Origin: Raillietiella orientalis
Lineage: Eukaryota
Direction of reading: 5' to 3'
Assembly (NCBI GenBank): GCA_036172245.1
Contig: JAYWIR010000051.1
Span: 682,001-746,000 of the forward strand
Length of the DNA: 64,000 nucleotides
Part shown: positions 50,742 through 63,289 of the stretch, piece by piece
Layout: each line of letters starts with the position of its first letter
Numbering within the stretch: the first letter of the stretch is position 1
Program-made: the position numbers and the translations under genes
Notes under the pieces: model-generated
The model's input: only the letters and a program-made list of their open reading frames with translations
What the model was told of the DNA's origin: nothing
Database searches by the model: none

Positions 50742-53700
50742 TGCGCAGGTCTGCTTCCAGAATCTGAAGAGACTCCTACCCTCTTCTTTTCCCGCTCCTT
50801 GATAGAATGCTGTCGAACCCGAGGAGGTGACACCACCCGTGGTTACGGGGGATGCCGCTTACGATGCTCCCACGACTGCTGCGTGCGGGTCCTTTGAACT
50901 TCGATGCGCAGGCGCGAGCGTCACGTTCCGGCCTCGATCCCCTCGCACCCTCAACCCTGCGCGTGGGAGGGAGGTGGGGTGCCAGCGGACACGTTCGCTC
51001 CTAGGTTCCCGACCGGGAACCACAGTCCATTAGGGGGAAGGCGCCCCAGGACGTCGTCGCCGCCTGCGCCACCGGCGAGCTTCTGAGAACGCCCGCTGTG
51101 CGTGGGCGGGACGCCTTCCTCTAAACTCCGTTCCGGACGGAGAGCGCAGGTGCAAGGTCAAGACGTCTCGAGATAGGTGCCGCGAAGCGGGGCGGGAGGG
51201 ACCCGGGAAGGTAGGCGGGAACCTGATGGCGCCGAAAAGGAGAGCGTGGAACCCGCCACCTGCTCCCGGGCCCGCCCGACGCCTACGCCCAACAGGGGGC
51301 TTCGAAAGCGGAGTGGGCAGGCCGACATCACTGCTCATGAGGCTGAGCCGTGGTACCCGAACGCGTCCGGACTTTGTCCGTCTCACACCCGAAGGTGCAC
51401 GCTGCGCAGTCGAAATGCGGGTCTTCCCTCCCCCGTCCCTCCACTCCATCCCCGAAAAACCTCGGACCGCACTCCGAGACGTCACGAGGAGAGGAGAACC
51501 CTACCCCGCCTTGTCCTCGTCCGCTTCCCACCGAGGGACCCCACCCTTCCCGCCCGCTTTGCCCACCCCCCAGCGTTCCTCAGGTGTGCTTCCAGGAGTT
51601 TCCTGCGGGAAGGGTCCGGGAAGGGAACTTTCGCTGGACGAACGTTCCCTTCGATCCCGGACGCTCCCCCCACCTCGTAGGGCGGTCGGGAAAGATGGAG
51701 CAGTCCAGGAGAGGCGGCGGCGGCGCTTCTAGATCAGATGCAGAGCTGGCAGAGGGCAAAGGGAGAATAATGGGAATATCCTAGGTCTCCTCCGCGAAGG
51801 GCTGGGAGCGAGGTGCGCTGAGCCCTGGGGAGGAAAGGGGATTAGCGCGGAGGACGCTGGGAGGCAAGGAGGGAAGGGAAAGCTGAGGACAGAAATGGAG
51901 GGAGAGAGTTCGCCCTTTTGAGAACCACATCTCTTGGGCTTCCTTGCAGGGCGACAAGGTGGTGGCGGCCTTTGGTCCCGCCGGAAACGCTTGCGAGGAA
52001 GCAAGTCTGGCGTCCGCTGTCGCGGGGCGCGAGCCACCCTCTGGCTCCCCCGTCCCCTCCTGCACTCTCCACCACTCAGATTGAAAGCGGAGATGTCCCG
52101 AGACGGGCGGCCTGCTCTTCCCTTCAGATAGCTGTGCCTTTCGTGACCTCAGAACGCACCAGCTCTTTCTCTCGGGGTGGACCGCTCTCCGCCTTATCCT
52201 CACCTCAGCCCACATCCTTTGTTTGAGACTCGTGGGTCCTCCCACGCGATCTAGGGTCCCGTGTGCCTCGACCGGCGTTTAACCTGCTGGCCACGCTGAC
52301 CACGCGCAGACAGGAGAGGCGCTACTGGAGTGCGACTTTGGAGAGGACTCTGAAGCTTCTTTGACGACTGCTCTTTCCTCCTCCCGAGAGAAATAAGAGG
52401 GAAGAGGGTGGGAGAGAATGGAAGTCGCCTGTCTGGCGACTTCCACCCGCCTGTCGCCTGTCTCCGTGGCGAGGGCATAGGGCTTCCCTTTCTCCGAAAG
52501 TGCTTAATATGCAGCCTGCTCTCGGATCCCGTTCATCCTCGTCCCGACCCTCATCCGCGGCTCCAGAGTTCCTCGGGAGCCCGAGCACGAGAGCAGGGGA
52601 CAGGGAAGGAGAGGGGATTTTCGGTAGCTTCCTCTGGCTGATCTCTCGAAAGTCCAAGGTAGAGGAGCAAAGCACTGCGGGACTCTCCCGGGTCCCACCT
52701 GAGGTGCCCTCAGCCCACCCACTCCGGGTTTGTGGAACCACGGAGGCCCCCCCTCCACTTTCTTTCCTTGTCCGCTCTCCCGCTCGGAAATATACGATCA
52801 CGCCGATGGTCCCAGAGCGACATGGAAGGCAGCAGTGACGCGCACGCCGTGACAAGGTCGATCGGAAGGCGAGATCAGCACAGGGATGCTTGGTACGTCC
52901 TCTACCCCCTACCCTCCCACTTCTCCACTCCTCTTCGTGAGAGCTGAGCCGAGAGCCCTTCGTCCAGGGAGTTCAGGGACCGAGAGATCCCGAGGGAGTC
53001 CGTCAACGGTGCCGGAGGAGGGGCGACAAACACACGTCAGGGTCAGCAGCTTCTGGAGGGTGCGATTTCGGCAGCGTAAATCTACGAAGTGGCTGCCGTC
53101 TGAGTGCTCCCTCCACGGAAGGGGACTTCCTTGATCCAGAGGATGGGATGGAGCCGGAAGAAATCTCTCCGTGCCGTTCAAAGTGACTCCAGCGACGCTC
53201 GACCTCCCTTGAGGGCGCCGCTCCGCGGCCTCTATTCTGCGTTCCCTCAGCGCAGTCGACCGGATGAAACCTCGACGTCCTCCGAGCTTCCCCTCTTTCC
53301 CTCCTACATGGACAAACCTCAATACGACTAACTGTTCATACTGCCTATCCCTATATATCTCTTTTCTTCATCCGAAACAGGGTCGAAGGGTCAACTGTGT
53401 CCCTCCCGGAGTCCGCGGAACCGCTCACTTCGGGGAGGCTCGGAACACGAGGAAAGGAGGAAGGGGAAGGGAGGGGGAATGGGAGAAGGAGGAGGGAGGG
53501 AGTTGGTGTCGTCGGAACTGCAGCTGCACGTGCTGACCGCGGAGGCGGACGGTCTCTGCGGACGCACCTCTCTTCTCAGTGGCCACCTCACTCCTCGCTT
53601 TTTTTGACGGGAGTCATCAGCTGCTTCCAGCTCTCCCGCCTAGGGCGAGTGCGGGAGTGATTCCAGGGCGGCGGCGGAGGAGGTGCCATCTGCTGCCTCT

Positions 53701-53844
53701 CCCAGAGATAGAGAAGAGGAGAGGAGTGACGAGGAGCCGCCGGGACTCGCCTTGCCGCCGTCCTTTCGAGGCAGTTCCCTTGCGGGTTGCGGAGGACCCG
53801 GTGGTATCTGAACCTTCCTCTCGGAGCCGTCCCTGTAAGCCACG

Positions 53845-55604
53845 ATGCGGTCTTTCGTCGCCACCGCCGCCGCCATAGGTCTCCTCTTCCTCTCCGCGCG
53901 CGCGGAAGGCGGGGAGCCGCTCGCCGGCGGCGCCGCGGGGAGAGTGCTCCTGCCCAGGGAGGAAGTCAGCCTGACCTCCATGCACAGAACCGTTATCTGG
54001 CAGAGTGGCGAAGAAGAGACTAAGTGCTTCCGCATCCCCCTTCTGACGAAAGTGCGCGGGAGAATCCTGGCGTTCTCAGAGGCACGCCGAAAAACCTGCT
54101 ACGACTTCGGCAGCAAGAGTCTGGTGATGAAGGTGTCCACGAACGGTGGTGAGCACACACAGATTTCCCCTTCCCCGTTTTCGCACCTCCTCCTCATGCC
54201 TTCTCTCCACAACTCCTCAGGGCGGTCCTGGGGTGACGAGCAGGTGATCCTTTCCGATGCCGTCGACGTTACTGATGGCTTCAACCTGGGCAGCGTCGTC
54301 ACGGACGAATTCACGGGCCGAACCTTCTTGGTGTACGTGCTGTGTGCCCACTACATTGGCTGCGACACGTCCTTTACGATGCTCATCTACTCGGACGACG
54401 GCGGCGCCTCCTGGAGTCACCCGAGAAACCTCTCCAAAGATATCGGCACGAAGATGTTCTCCCCGGGACCAGGAGTCGGAATTCAAGTAAACAACCACTC
54501 TTCTTTCCCAGAGACCTGGCCTTGCACAAAACATCCCCTCTAGAAAAGGTTCCCTCCGCATAAGGGCCGGCTTCTGGTGTGCGGGCACGGGACCATCGAG
54601 GAAAACGGCGTCTTCTGCCTGATAAGCGACGACCACGGGGACAGTTGGATCTTGCAAAATAAGGTCGTCAGCATCCCCTTCAGTCACCCCAAATATTTGG
54701 GAGACTTTGACCCGGACGAGAACCAGGTAGGAAGGCAGAGAAAGGTTCCATTCCTTCCCCTCAGACTTTCCTTCTGGAGTGTGGGAGGGAAGGAAACGGA
54801 ACGACGAGGTCGCAGAAATCGAGTGAGGGTGGTCTGATGATGTGCCCTCTGTTCCTCCACCAGGGTACTGAGAGGACAAGGTGGAGGACAAGGGGAATCT
54901 TTTTCCTCTCGTTTCCCTCCATCTCCTGCTGCTCCTCCCGCCTTCTCGTCTTTTCTTCCCCCTCCTTCCATCTTCTCCTCTCCTCCTCTCCCACAGTCGC
55001 TGGTGTCCCCTCCATTAGTCATTTTCCCGGAGTGAAGCGGTGACCAATCAGCCCCCCGTAGGTGGCCGAGCTCGGCGACGGCACCCTGATGGCGACCATA
55101 CGCAACCAGCACTTCTACCACTGTCGCTGCCGCTTATTCGTCGGCAGTGTCGACGGAGGTCACCATTTCCCACTGGAGGGACTTCGCATCGTCCCGGAAC
55201 TCCAGGATCCCGCGTGCTCGGCTGGGCTGACGGCGTGGAACAGCACCCTCTTCCTCTCGAGCGTCAATGACCCCAAGCAGCGTGAGCATGCCCCTCCCCT
55301 TCCCTGTCATCCCGAGTAACCTCTGCTGCCCCCGGAGAGACTCTCAGCATCCGCCCACGCCCACCTAACCCCCTCCCCTATTCCTCTAGGTAAAAACGTC
55401 TTCATCCGCTGGAGCAATGACGGAGGAATCACATGGTCCGAGGGAACGCCCGTCCAGGAGGGACCAGGCTCCTACTCGGTGCTCCTCTACGATCCTCTCA
55501 CCAACAGCCTGCTGGTCGCCGTGGAGACTGGTTCCAAGGACCCCAACGAGTTCATCGAGTTCCTGTCGTACTCTGTGTACTGGAGTACGGCGCAGGATGG
55601 GTAG
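53845..55604 (+). CDS. NEU1: Sialidase-1 (lysosomal neuraminidase, GH33)-like protein, 5 exons, 395 aa
   Basis: Exons 53845-54148, 54221-54486, 54544-54726, 55062-55281 and 55390-55604 (all GT-AG, phases consistent, 1188 nt). Signal peptide [24 protein letters not shown] motif; AFSEAR; Asp boxes [43 protein letters not shown]1-type signatures [55 protein letters not shown]; candidate catalytic Tyr (GPGSYS) and Glu (VET). Confidence 0.96.
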
Positions 55605-55906
55605 GGACGGGAGCCATAAAGGAGACTCAGTGAAGGAAGGGGTGAATTTGAGCATCCAAAAGGTACTGGGAAGGGAGGGGGAGGAGAGGAGGTCAGAGCA
55701 GCAACGTGGGACAACTAGGGGTCGCACCTCCCATGCGTTTTCCCGAAGGAGAGAGAATCGGGACTTCACCATCTGACTCCCCGCTCCCCTCCCCAGATAA
55801 CTCACGGGACCAGCCCGTTGCACACGGGCGTTTGGGGAACTTGGAGGAAGGGCGAACGCTTTCCTCCTTCCCCAACATCCCTTCCTCGAGAAGGGGAGGG
55901 GAGCTC

Positions 55907-55912
55907 TTTATT
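55907..55912 (-). promoter_or_regulatory. Polyadenylation signal for the minus-strand secreted-protein gene
   Basis: tttatt on +, 80 nt downstream of the stop at 55992. Confidence 0.55.
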
Positions 55913-55991
55913 TCTAGCCTCCGGGAGTTCTCCCGAGGCCTCAGTCCCCCATGAAGGAGGGTAGGCGAGGACATGGGACTTCGCAAGCTGT

Positions 55992-58900
55992 CTAGTAGGC
56001 TGAAATCTTGCAGCAGGTTACCGAGGTCACGCGGTTGCCGTCTCTCTGTAGCCCGACTGCTGCGAAGCCCTCGGAGCACTCGACATTCCAGGAGACTCCT
56101 GGACCGAAGTCCCCTCCATTCTTGCTGTCTGGAAAGTGAGAAGTGACCTCTCGCAGGATCGCGCTGGGATCTCGGGCAAAAGTAGGGAAGAGACCTTGAA
56201 GGAAACCAGGAGTCTCCCGCAGGGAATGTTTCACAACAACAGAAAGCAATACCGACGGGAGACCCTAAGGAAAATAAAACGAATCGCGGCAAGGTCGTCG
56301 ACCAGCTGAAGGTGCTTTTGGATCAGGAAGAGAGGGAGGCAAGAATGGATGGCGCTTGCAGCTAGAGCTCGTAGGGAGCCTCTGGCATCCTGGTGCTCAC
56401 GGCCCTCTCTCACCCGTCTCGCAGGCGAGGAGCTCTCTGCCTTCTCCTCCGCCCTCGCATCTCCATCCTATCCCTCCTATCCCTGATCTTCCTCGAAAAC
56501 AGGGCTGTCTCCGTGCAGGTTCAGGTAGCGGCAGGAAGGGATTGAGGGACTAGGAGCATCACTCGCGCTCTTCTTCTGTACCTGTGTGCAGGACGTGGCA
56601 GTTCCTCTCCACATGCCCCGAAGCCACCTTCGTGCACTTGCCCAGCGAAGGCAGGGTAAATGGGCTCTCGTCGCTCCAGAGGGCTGAAAGACAAGTGGGG
56701 CCCTGGAGATCTGAGCCGGGCTGGTTAGCTCCGTCTACCTGTCAGGAGGTAGTTCTGGGGGCAAATGTTTTCCCTGGAAGTGCCCAATACAGTGGGTTCG
56801 AAGTTGATCAGCTGGTTGTCGGACAGGTCCAAAGAGATCTCCGGATATACTCTTCCTCCCGCCTGCAGGCATTTCATCTTGCTAATCCGTTTGAAGATGT
56901 CGTTGTCCCTTGGAAGCGGGCGTATGAGGCCGGAAGGCGAGGACGGGATTTCCACGGCAACGCGATTCCATTGTCACACCTCGCCATTTTTGCTGTTCTC
57001 GCGACCCATGCTTTCGCCGCACGTCTCCATGGTTTCTCGATGCATTGTTGCCCAGCCCAATCGCAGCGCCTCACTTAGCAGGGATGGGAAGGAGCCGCTG
57101 CGCAAAGGCGTCGCGAGAGCTCGCGTGCCGCACAGCTCGGCGGAGGGGGCAGCAGGGGTTTGAAAGGAGTGCACTCGTCGAGGGGGCGTGGGAAAAGAAA
57201 GCACGGACGCGCGCGGGGTTTGTCCTCTCGGGCCTCGGACAGCGGCCCGTCGGACCAGTGCTAGAGTGATGAACTCCTTCCCACACGCACGCCGTCCGTC
57301 CTCTGAGGCTGGAGTTTCACAGGAAACCTCAGCTAGCCGGAAGGGAAGAAGGACGAGCTCGGGAGCGGAAGGAAACGAGGGACCCCGCCTTGGCGAAGAA
57401 CTTCAGGCTCGTCTCCGGAGCCAATGGGTTTGAGAGGAATCGAGATCGGGGTCTGTAAGGCGCTCAGGAGGGAAATCGCTGCTTCCCGCGTTCCGGGAAA
57501 AATCGGGACCGGGGAGGGTAGTCGAGCTGGAGGAGCGAACGCGAGCTCAGATCCCCTCGCGAGCTGGACCGCGATCCCCTCTGCAGCCAGCAGCTGCTCG
57601 CTCGGAGAGGGAAGGGAGGGAAGAAACCAGAAGGGATGCTACTGCTATGAGGTCTTGAGGTCACCCCCGAGGGGGGCGGAATGTCGGCTGCCGACCGGGC
57701 GCTGGCGAGCGTGAGCGACAAGCGCATCTGGACTCACCATACGGCGACGATGAAGGCCCCTCGGGTGGGGTGCACGAAAAGCGAGTTGCAGTCGACATTC
57801 CAGGGAGCGTTGCTTGCCTGTGTGCCTCCCTGTCTGCCCGCCGTCATCAGGACGAACGAGTCCACCCCGGGGCGGACGCTCCCGATCCTGCCGAAGGGAC
57901 CCATCAGGTCGTTCCCTTCCACCTGGTCGAGAAAGCGATAAATGCTGGAGGCTGCCCTGCGACCGTCGCCCTGGCCAGCGTGCGTCGTGTCGCGGTTGAA
58001 GTAGCCCAACACATTGGGCTGCACGAGCGTGGACAGGAAATAGGGATTCTGGAATCAGGAACAGAGGTGGCTCGTCACGTCCCAGTCATCATGACGGACG
58101 GAGGCGACGACCTTCCCTGCCACCCCCGCCTCCTCCCTCGGCCCTCTGCGCGTACCCTTTTCCTCTCTTCCTCCCCCCTCCCACCTTTTATAGATTATCA
58201 GCGACTTCCTCTTTCTCATTTCAACTCAGGTCGCAGAGATCGGCCCTCTGAGCCCCTGGGGGCACTCGGCAGTCCTTCTTTCGCAGCTCGCACTTCCCCC
58301 TTCGCGTCGCTAGGAACCGGGACTTCCCCCTTCCCTGCTTCCCCCCACTCTACCCCACTCGTCCTTTCTTGGCCGCGAACCCCATAAGCGCTACGCAGCC
58401 CACCCTCCTCGAGACATCGTTTATTCCAGGGACCCCTTCGCCCATCCCTCCGTTCTCTCCCTACTGCCGTTTCCAAGCAACGGAGTGGTGCGTGCGCGTG
58501 TCACGTTGACGAAGGGGACGAAGGAGGTGTTTTCGTGCTCCTCTCTGGGAGCAGCCGCAGACTTCTGGTCCTCTCCTTGATGGTCACGGAGGAGCGCTCC
58601 GTGGTCTCTGGTGGGCTGGGCTGGAACACGGAAGACGCTCGTCAGGAGGGCGCCCCTTGCGCCCCCGTCTCCGCCACAGGGGAGGTGGGTATGAGAGGGA
58701 AGACCGGGGAGGGAGACAGCGACCGACCCTCCCCCCTTCTCCTCTTGCTCTCTCTCGCGTGCATCACCCATCCCGACCCCCGCTCGCCCCCAACCCCGTC
58801 ACTTACCAGCGCCTGCTGCGGAGTCAGAGAGCTCAGGCCGGCCCCGAGGGTCAGAGGCATGATCCCTAAGGGGCCAGGCGTCACTGCCAGGTAGGGGTTG

Positions 58901-59472
58901 AAGAGGGCGGGCACGGCGTAGGAGCCCAGGTTCAGGCCCGAAGAGAAGAGGGAGTATGGCGTGAAGGAGTAGGGGTTGTAGGGAGACTGCGCCAACGCTT
59001 GCAGAGAGTTTAGCCAGGGAGGCGCCAAGAAACCTCCTCCTACGAGCCCTGGGAATGCTCCGGGACTCCCCTGACCTCCCGGCAGGGTGATGTTGCCCAG
59101 GAAAGGGGGATAGGCCCCCGCAGAGCTCCCGGAGGGCTCGTCCTGCGGTCCCTGACCCGGGGGGGCCTTTGGCGGGAGAGGTGCGTAGGGGAAGGAAGGG
59201 TTGTAAAGGGATCCCAGGCCAAGAGGAACGTAAGGAGAGGGGAGATAGGGAAGGAAAGGGTAGCCCGCCCCCAGGGACAGAGGGTTCGCTCCCTGCAGGG
59301 CCGGGTAGGGAAGGAGACGGGAAAACGGCTCCCTCTTGTCTCCCTCGGCGCCGTTCCTGGCACTCCTGCCTCCTCCAGGCAGACTACGCAGCTCGCGGGG
59401 AGCTGTTGCCACCGTCATCTGCCGGACAACCAGTAGCGCCAGGACCAAACCGACAAATCCTCCTGCCGCCAT
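55992..59472 (-). CDS. Uncharacterised secreted protein, 5 exons, 461 aa: signal peptide + Pro/Gly/Leu/Tyr-rich region + C-terminal Cys-containing repeat domain
   Basis: Exons 59472-58807, 58048-57738, 56908-56739, 56683-56582 and 56128-55992; GT-AG introns with matching phases 0, 2, 1, 1; 1386 nt open throughout. N-terminus MAAGGFVGLVLALLVVRQMTVATA. C-terminal part has internal repeats GGTQASNAPWNVDC..AFIVAVWDNDIFKRISKMKC / ENICPQNYLLTALWSDESPFTLPSLGKC / GGDFGPGVSWNVECSEGFAAVGLQRDGNRVTSVTCCKI. The exon 1-exon 2 junction (QQAL/NPYFL) is the least certain link. Confidence 0.8.
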
Positions 59473-62400
59473 CTCTCACGGGCACAAACTGGACGCTTTC
59501 GCTTTCTGTGCGCGGAGAAAAACTCTCGGCCGCCGACGCTCCCGAAGGAAAGAACGGTGGTCTCCCTCCCTCTCTTCCTCCCGCTTTCCCCCTTTCCGCG
59601 CACCTCCCTGGCGGCGGCGGCGACAGGATGTCCGGAGACGGCAGATAACGCGCGCGCGCTCGAGCTCCCGGGGGAGCGAAAGCGAAAGCGGCGGCGATCG
59701 CCGCCCGCCCCTATCGGGGGCGCCGATCTCTGCGATCGTCGGATAGCCACAGCCTTCGCCCCTGCCCCCACTGGAGGACGGACGTGGCCAGGTAGTTCGG
59801 GGAAGAAGGAACGTCCGGCCTTTTCCGAACAGGGCTCCTGTGGAGAGGAGAGGAGGGGACAGGAATGAGGGGCATGCCGCTCCCGCGGGGGGCTTTTCTC
59901 TCCGTTCATCCGCCATCTGACCACATCCGAGAGGGGGTGCCCGACGGATCCCTCAGCGAGGAAGTTTCGAGAACATTGCTGGCAAGCGCCGCCATCGCCC
60001 TACTGTCCACCGTCGCCGTGGGTGACCGCGGAAAGGAAGGGGAACCTCCCCCTTGAGAAAAGGCGTGCAAGACGTTCCTGAGGGTTCATCCCAGCCCTCT
60101 CTCATGGCCTTTCCCTTCCCTCTTCCCTCGAGAGACCTCCTCTGGAGCTCCCTGCACACGATTGAAGCGAGGGCCGCCTTGTCCTCTCTCTTCGTCCCTA
60201 CTTGTCCCTTCCTCTGACGCTACGAGTTTCGCTGACCTGCGTGGCCCAGGGAAAGAGGCTGTCCCAGCCCCCTTCCAGAGGGCTGAGCGAGGTACGGGAC
60301 GGTCTTCAGCATGGAGGAGGAGAGGAGAGGGGTCAAGCACCCCGAAGACCCAAGGCAGACCGAATACGCCTCCACCGCCTTGGATGCTACTGGAGAGCAA
60401 CGTCACCCGGAAGGAGAGAAAAGAGCGCGAGCACCAGTCGACACGGCTGAGCGAGGCGCCTGACGGCTCGTTCCACGCCTCCGCTCACGGGCGGAAGGAG
60501 ATCGTTCGTCGCCGCTCCGAGGGCCGAGGCCCCTTGGGCCAAAATCCCTCCGGAGGCGGATGCTGCTGCGCGGCTCCGTGGCTTCCTGCTGTCCCAAACG
60601 TTCAGTTGGCACTCTTATCTCTCTGAGGGATCGTTGCCCGTGGAAACGGCGAGTGCCGGCGACGCCGCTGCGCAGCTTTAGCCCTCGTCCCTTCGTTCTT
60701 CGACTCCCCCATTCTCTCCCGGGGAAGAGTAAAAGCAGCTCTTGATCGCCTCTCCAGTCCTCAATCGGTCTTCACTCCCTCTGCTCCTGACCCACGGCAG
60801 CCGCGGGACGGTTCCTCGGAAAGCCTCCCCGGATTCCGGACCCTGGAACCTGCCCCAGTTCCTCCTTGATAAGGTGCAACGGTTCCGGTAAAGAGGGGGT
60901 CGCGGTCCTCCTTCCGAGAAAAGGGGTCGGGAAATCAAACAGTGGGAATGAAGGGCAGAGGGGCGCCCCTGAGGGTGCGAGGAAAGACACAGCTCCCACG
61001 GAGGTCCTTGGGAGGTTCCCGGGGTATTCGTGAGTCCCTTTACGCGTTCGAAGATCCCTCTCACTCACTAGGAAGAAGGAGCGTCTCCTCTCACCTCGAA
61101 GACCCACTAGGTGATTCGGCTGGGGAGAGCAGCTCAAACGAAGGAAGAGCGAAGCGGCAGAGCTGCTACCACGGCGCCACTTCCCCTCCTCCTTGGCTCC
61201 AGAGTCCTCCGCCACTCTCTCGCTACCTCTTCCGCCTCGCCGACCTCCTGCAGGCGGGAGCCTCCGCAGCCTCTCCGCTTCCCCGCGAGGAGGCGGCATC
61301 GGTGAATCCCAATCAAGGAGGACAGAGCCATCGCGACCAACTGCGGGAGGGTCTGTGCCCCTTCCGAGAGGCACGTTCGCCTTCGAAGATCCTGAACCAC
61401 TGAGATACCTCCACGTCCTCCTCCCTCTTGGCATCCTGAAGAGAATCCAGCCTAAAGAGTGGTCACGCGGTCAAAAGGAACGTGCTCCCGTCTCATGTTG
61501 ACTCATCCTCCACCACTCCTCCTCTCCTCCTCCTCCTCCTCCTTCTCTGCTATTCCTCTTTCTCCATGAAAATCCCGGGCCTGGAGGAAAGCAGCGGAGA
61601 CGTGAAAGAGGAGAAAAGTGAGAGGACGCACGGCCACCATAGCACACCGACTCGTTGAGACGGTTTCTTTAACCCCCTCTTGGTTTCCCCCTACCTCCCT
61701 GAGAGGCAACCCTCCTCACTGCCGGGGATCCTTGGCGAGTGGTCCTCTGAAGGATGCACGTCCGACCTTCCCACCCTCGCAACAGGCTCGCGATGTCTGA
61801 CACGTCCCAAGGGAGGCAAATCCCTCTCCCTTTGCAGCCTGGCTATCGCAGCGCACGCGGGCGGGCGCCTTCCTCCACGTGAGACTCTTCCCATGGACCC
61901 GCATCCCAGGGGAAGCGGGAAGATGGATGTTGAGGAGCAAACGGGCTGGTGCGTGCCTTCCGCCCGTTCGCGCGAGGAAGACGCCTGCGTGAGAGGCCGT
62001 GGAGACCGCGGAGGCCGCGCCGTTTCCTCCTGAGTGGTTCCCTCTGGTTTCGGAGGAAAAGATCCCGACCCCTCTCTCCCTTCCAGGCGGCACTCTGTTC
62101 GGTTGAAACAGAGTCCGCGACGAAGGGGAGGACAGAAGAGCCCTTCCGCGGAGGGAGTAGGACGCTCCTGATGCACGGACTCCCATGCTGAATCGGGGAT
62201 TCTCCCTCGGGAGTCAGACGAAGGACACCGGGGGACCCATCGCGGCGTTCGAGAAGCCACAGGAAGAGCGTCCGGATCGAGGAGACCGCGGTGATCGAGG
62301 GACGGCGGAGAGGAACAGCAGAGGAGAGGAGAGGGGTCAGGCACCCCTCTGGCAACCACAGGACAGACCGGATGAGCCTCCACCGCCGTAGATGCCACCG

Positions 62401-63289
62401 AAAAGAGGGGAAAGCGCGTGCCAGCCGGCAAGACTGGACGCTGGCACCTCATCGCCGCTCTCCGAGTCAGAAAGGCCCGCAGAGAGCAGGGAGACAGAGA
62501 TAGAGCGCGCGGGAAGCGACATGCACCCCGGGTCAACTGTGGGTGCCACTCTCTCCCTCTTCTCCGCAAATCCCTCCCTTCCTTTCCCATCCAATGGCCT
62601 GCGTGCTGAAAAACGACGGCGTGCGCCCGTTGCTGCTGCCGCGCTGGAGTCGAATCGGTAGCGGGGCAGCTCTGGCGGCGCCACGCCAAGACGGCTCCAC
62701 TGGACTGCCGCCATCTTGGCATGGCGGTGGCATCCGCGCTCGTCAGGGGTGGCGCTACGGAGCGGACGCGGCAGGGGAGAGGGAGCAAGAGTCCCCGAGG
62801 ATCTGCCTCTCCCTTCCCTTCATTCCGCCCTCTACCTGAGCTTGGCTTTCGCGGAGGTTCCCGGCCCTCTCTGCCCGACCACCAGAGACGAATATCCCGG
62901 GCACGGCGTGGAGCCGAGGAACGAGCTGCACCCCACTTCCCTTCCGGCGAACCGCCTCTCTTCCCGAGGAACGGGAGCGAGCTGGGTGGAGCGGAAGGTG
63001 GACCCCTTCTGCCACCCTTCCCAGAAGGGAAGCGACGAGGCGAAAGTTTTCAACTAGCAATAATCGCGCCTCAGTCGCCTTCGTCGGCTACGATATTGTC
63101 CGTGCGCAAGGCGAAAGGGAACTCTTGCCCACCCTTCCACTCGGTGGCGAAGCTCACCTTGCTTATCCCGCATCCCTGGCGTCCTTTACCGGACGGTAGG
63201 GAGGACTGAGTACGGAACGGTCTTCGGGGAGGAGAAGAGCTGGGTCAGCTACCTCTGGAGACTCTAGGACAGGACGGATGAGCCACCAC

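Noticed and set aside
56790..56840. LDLSDNQL as a leucine-rich-repeat gene fragment
   Set aside because: A single motif only; the segment splices in phase into the 461-aa secreted protein as exon 3.
58501..58620. Alternative terminal exon (PSPPETTERSS...) for the P/G/Y-rich exon
   Set aside because: In phase but featureless; the acceptor at 58049 continues the NPY pattern and supplies a start and signal peptide for the otherwise headless Cys-domain exons. It could still be a minor isoform.
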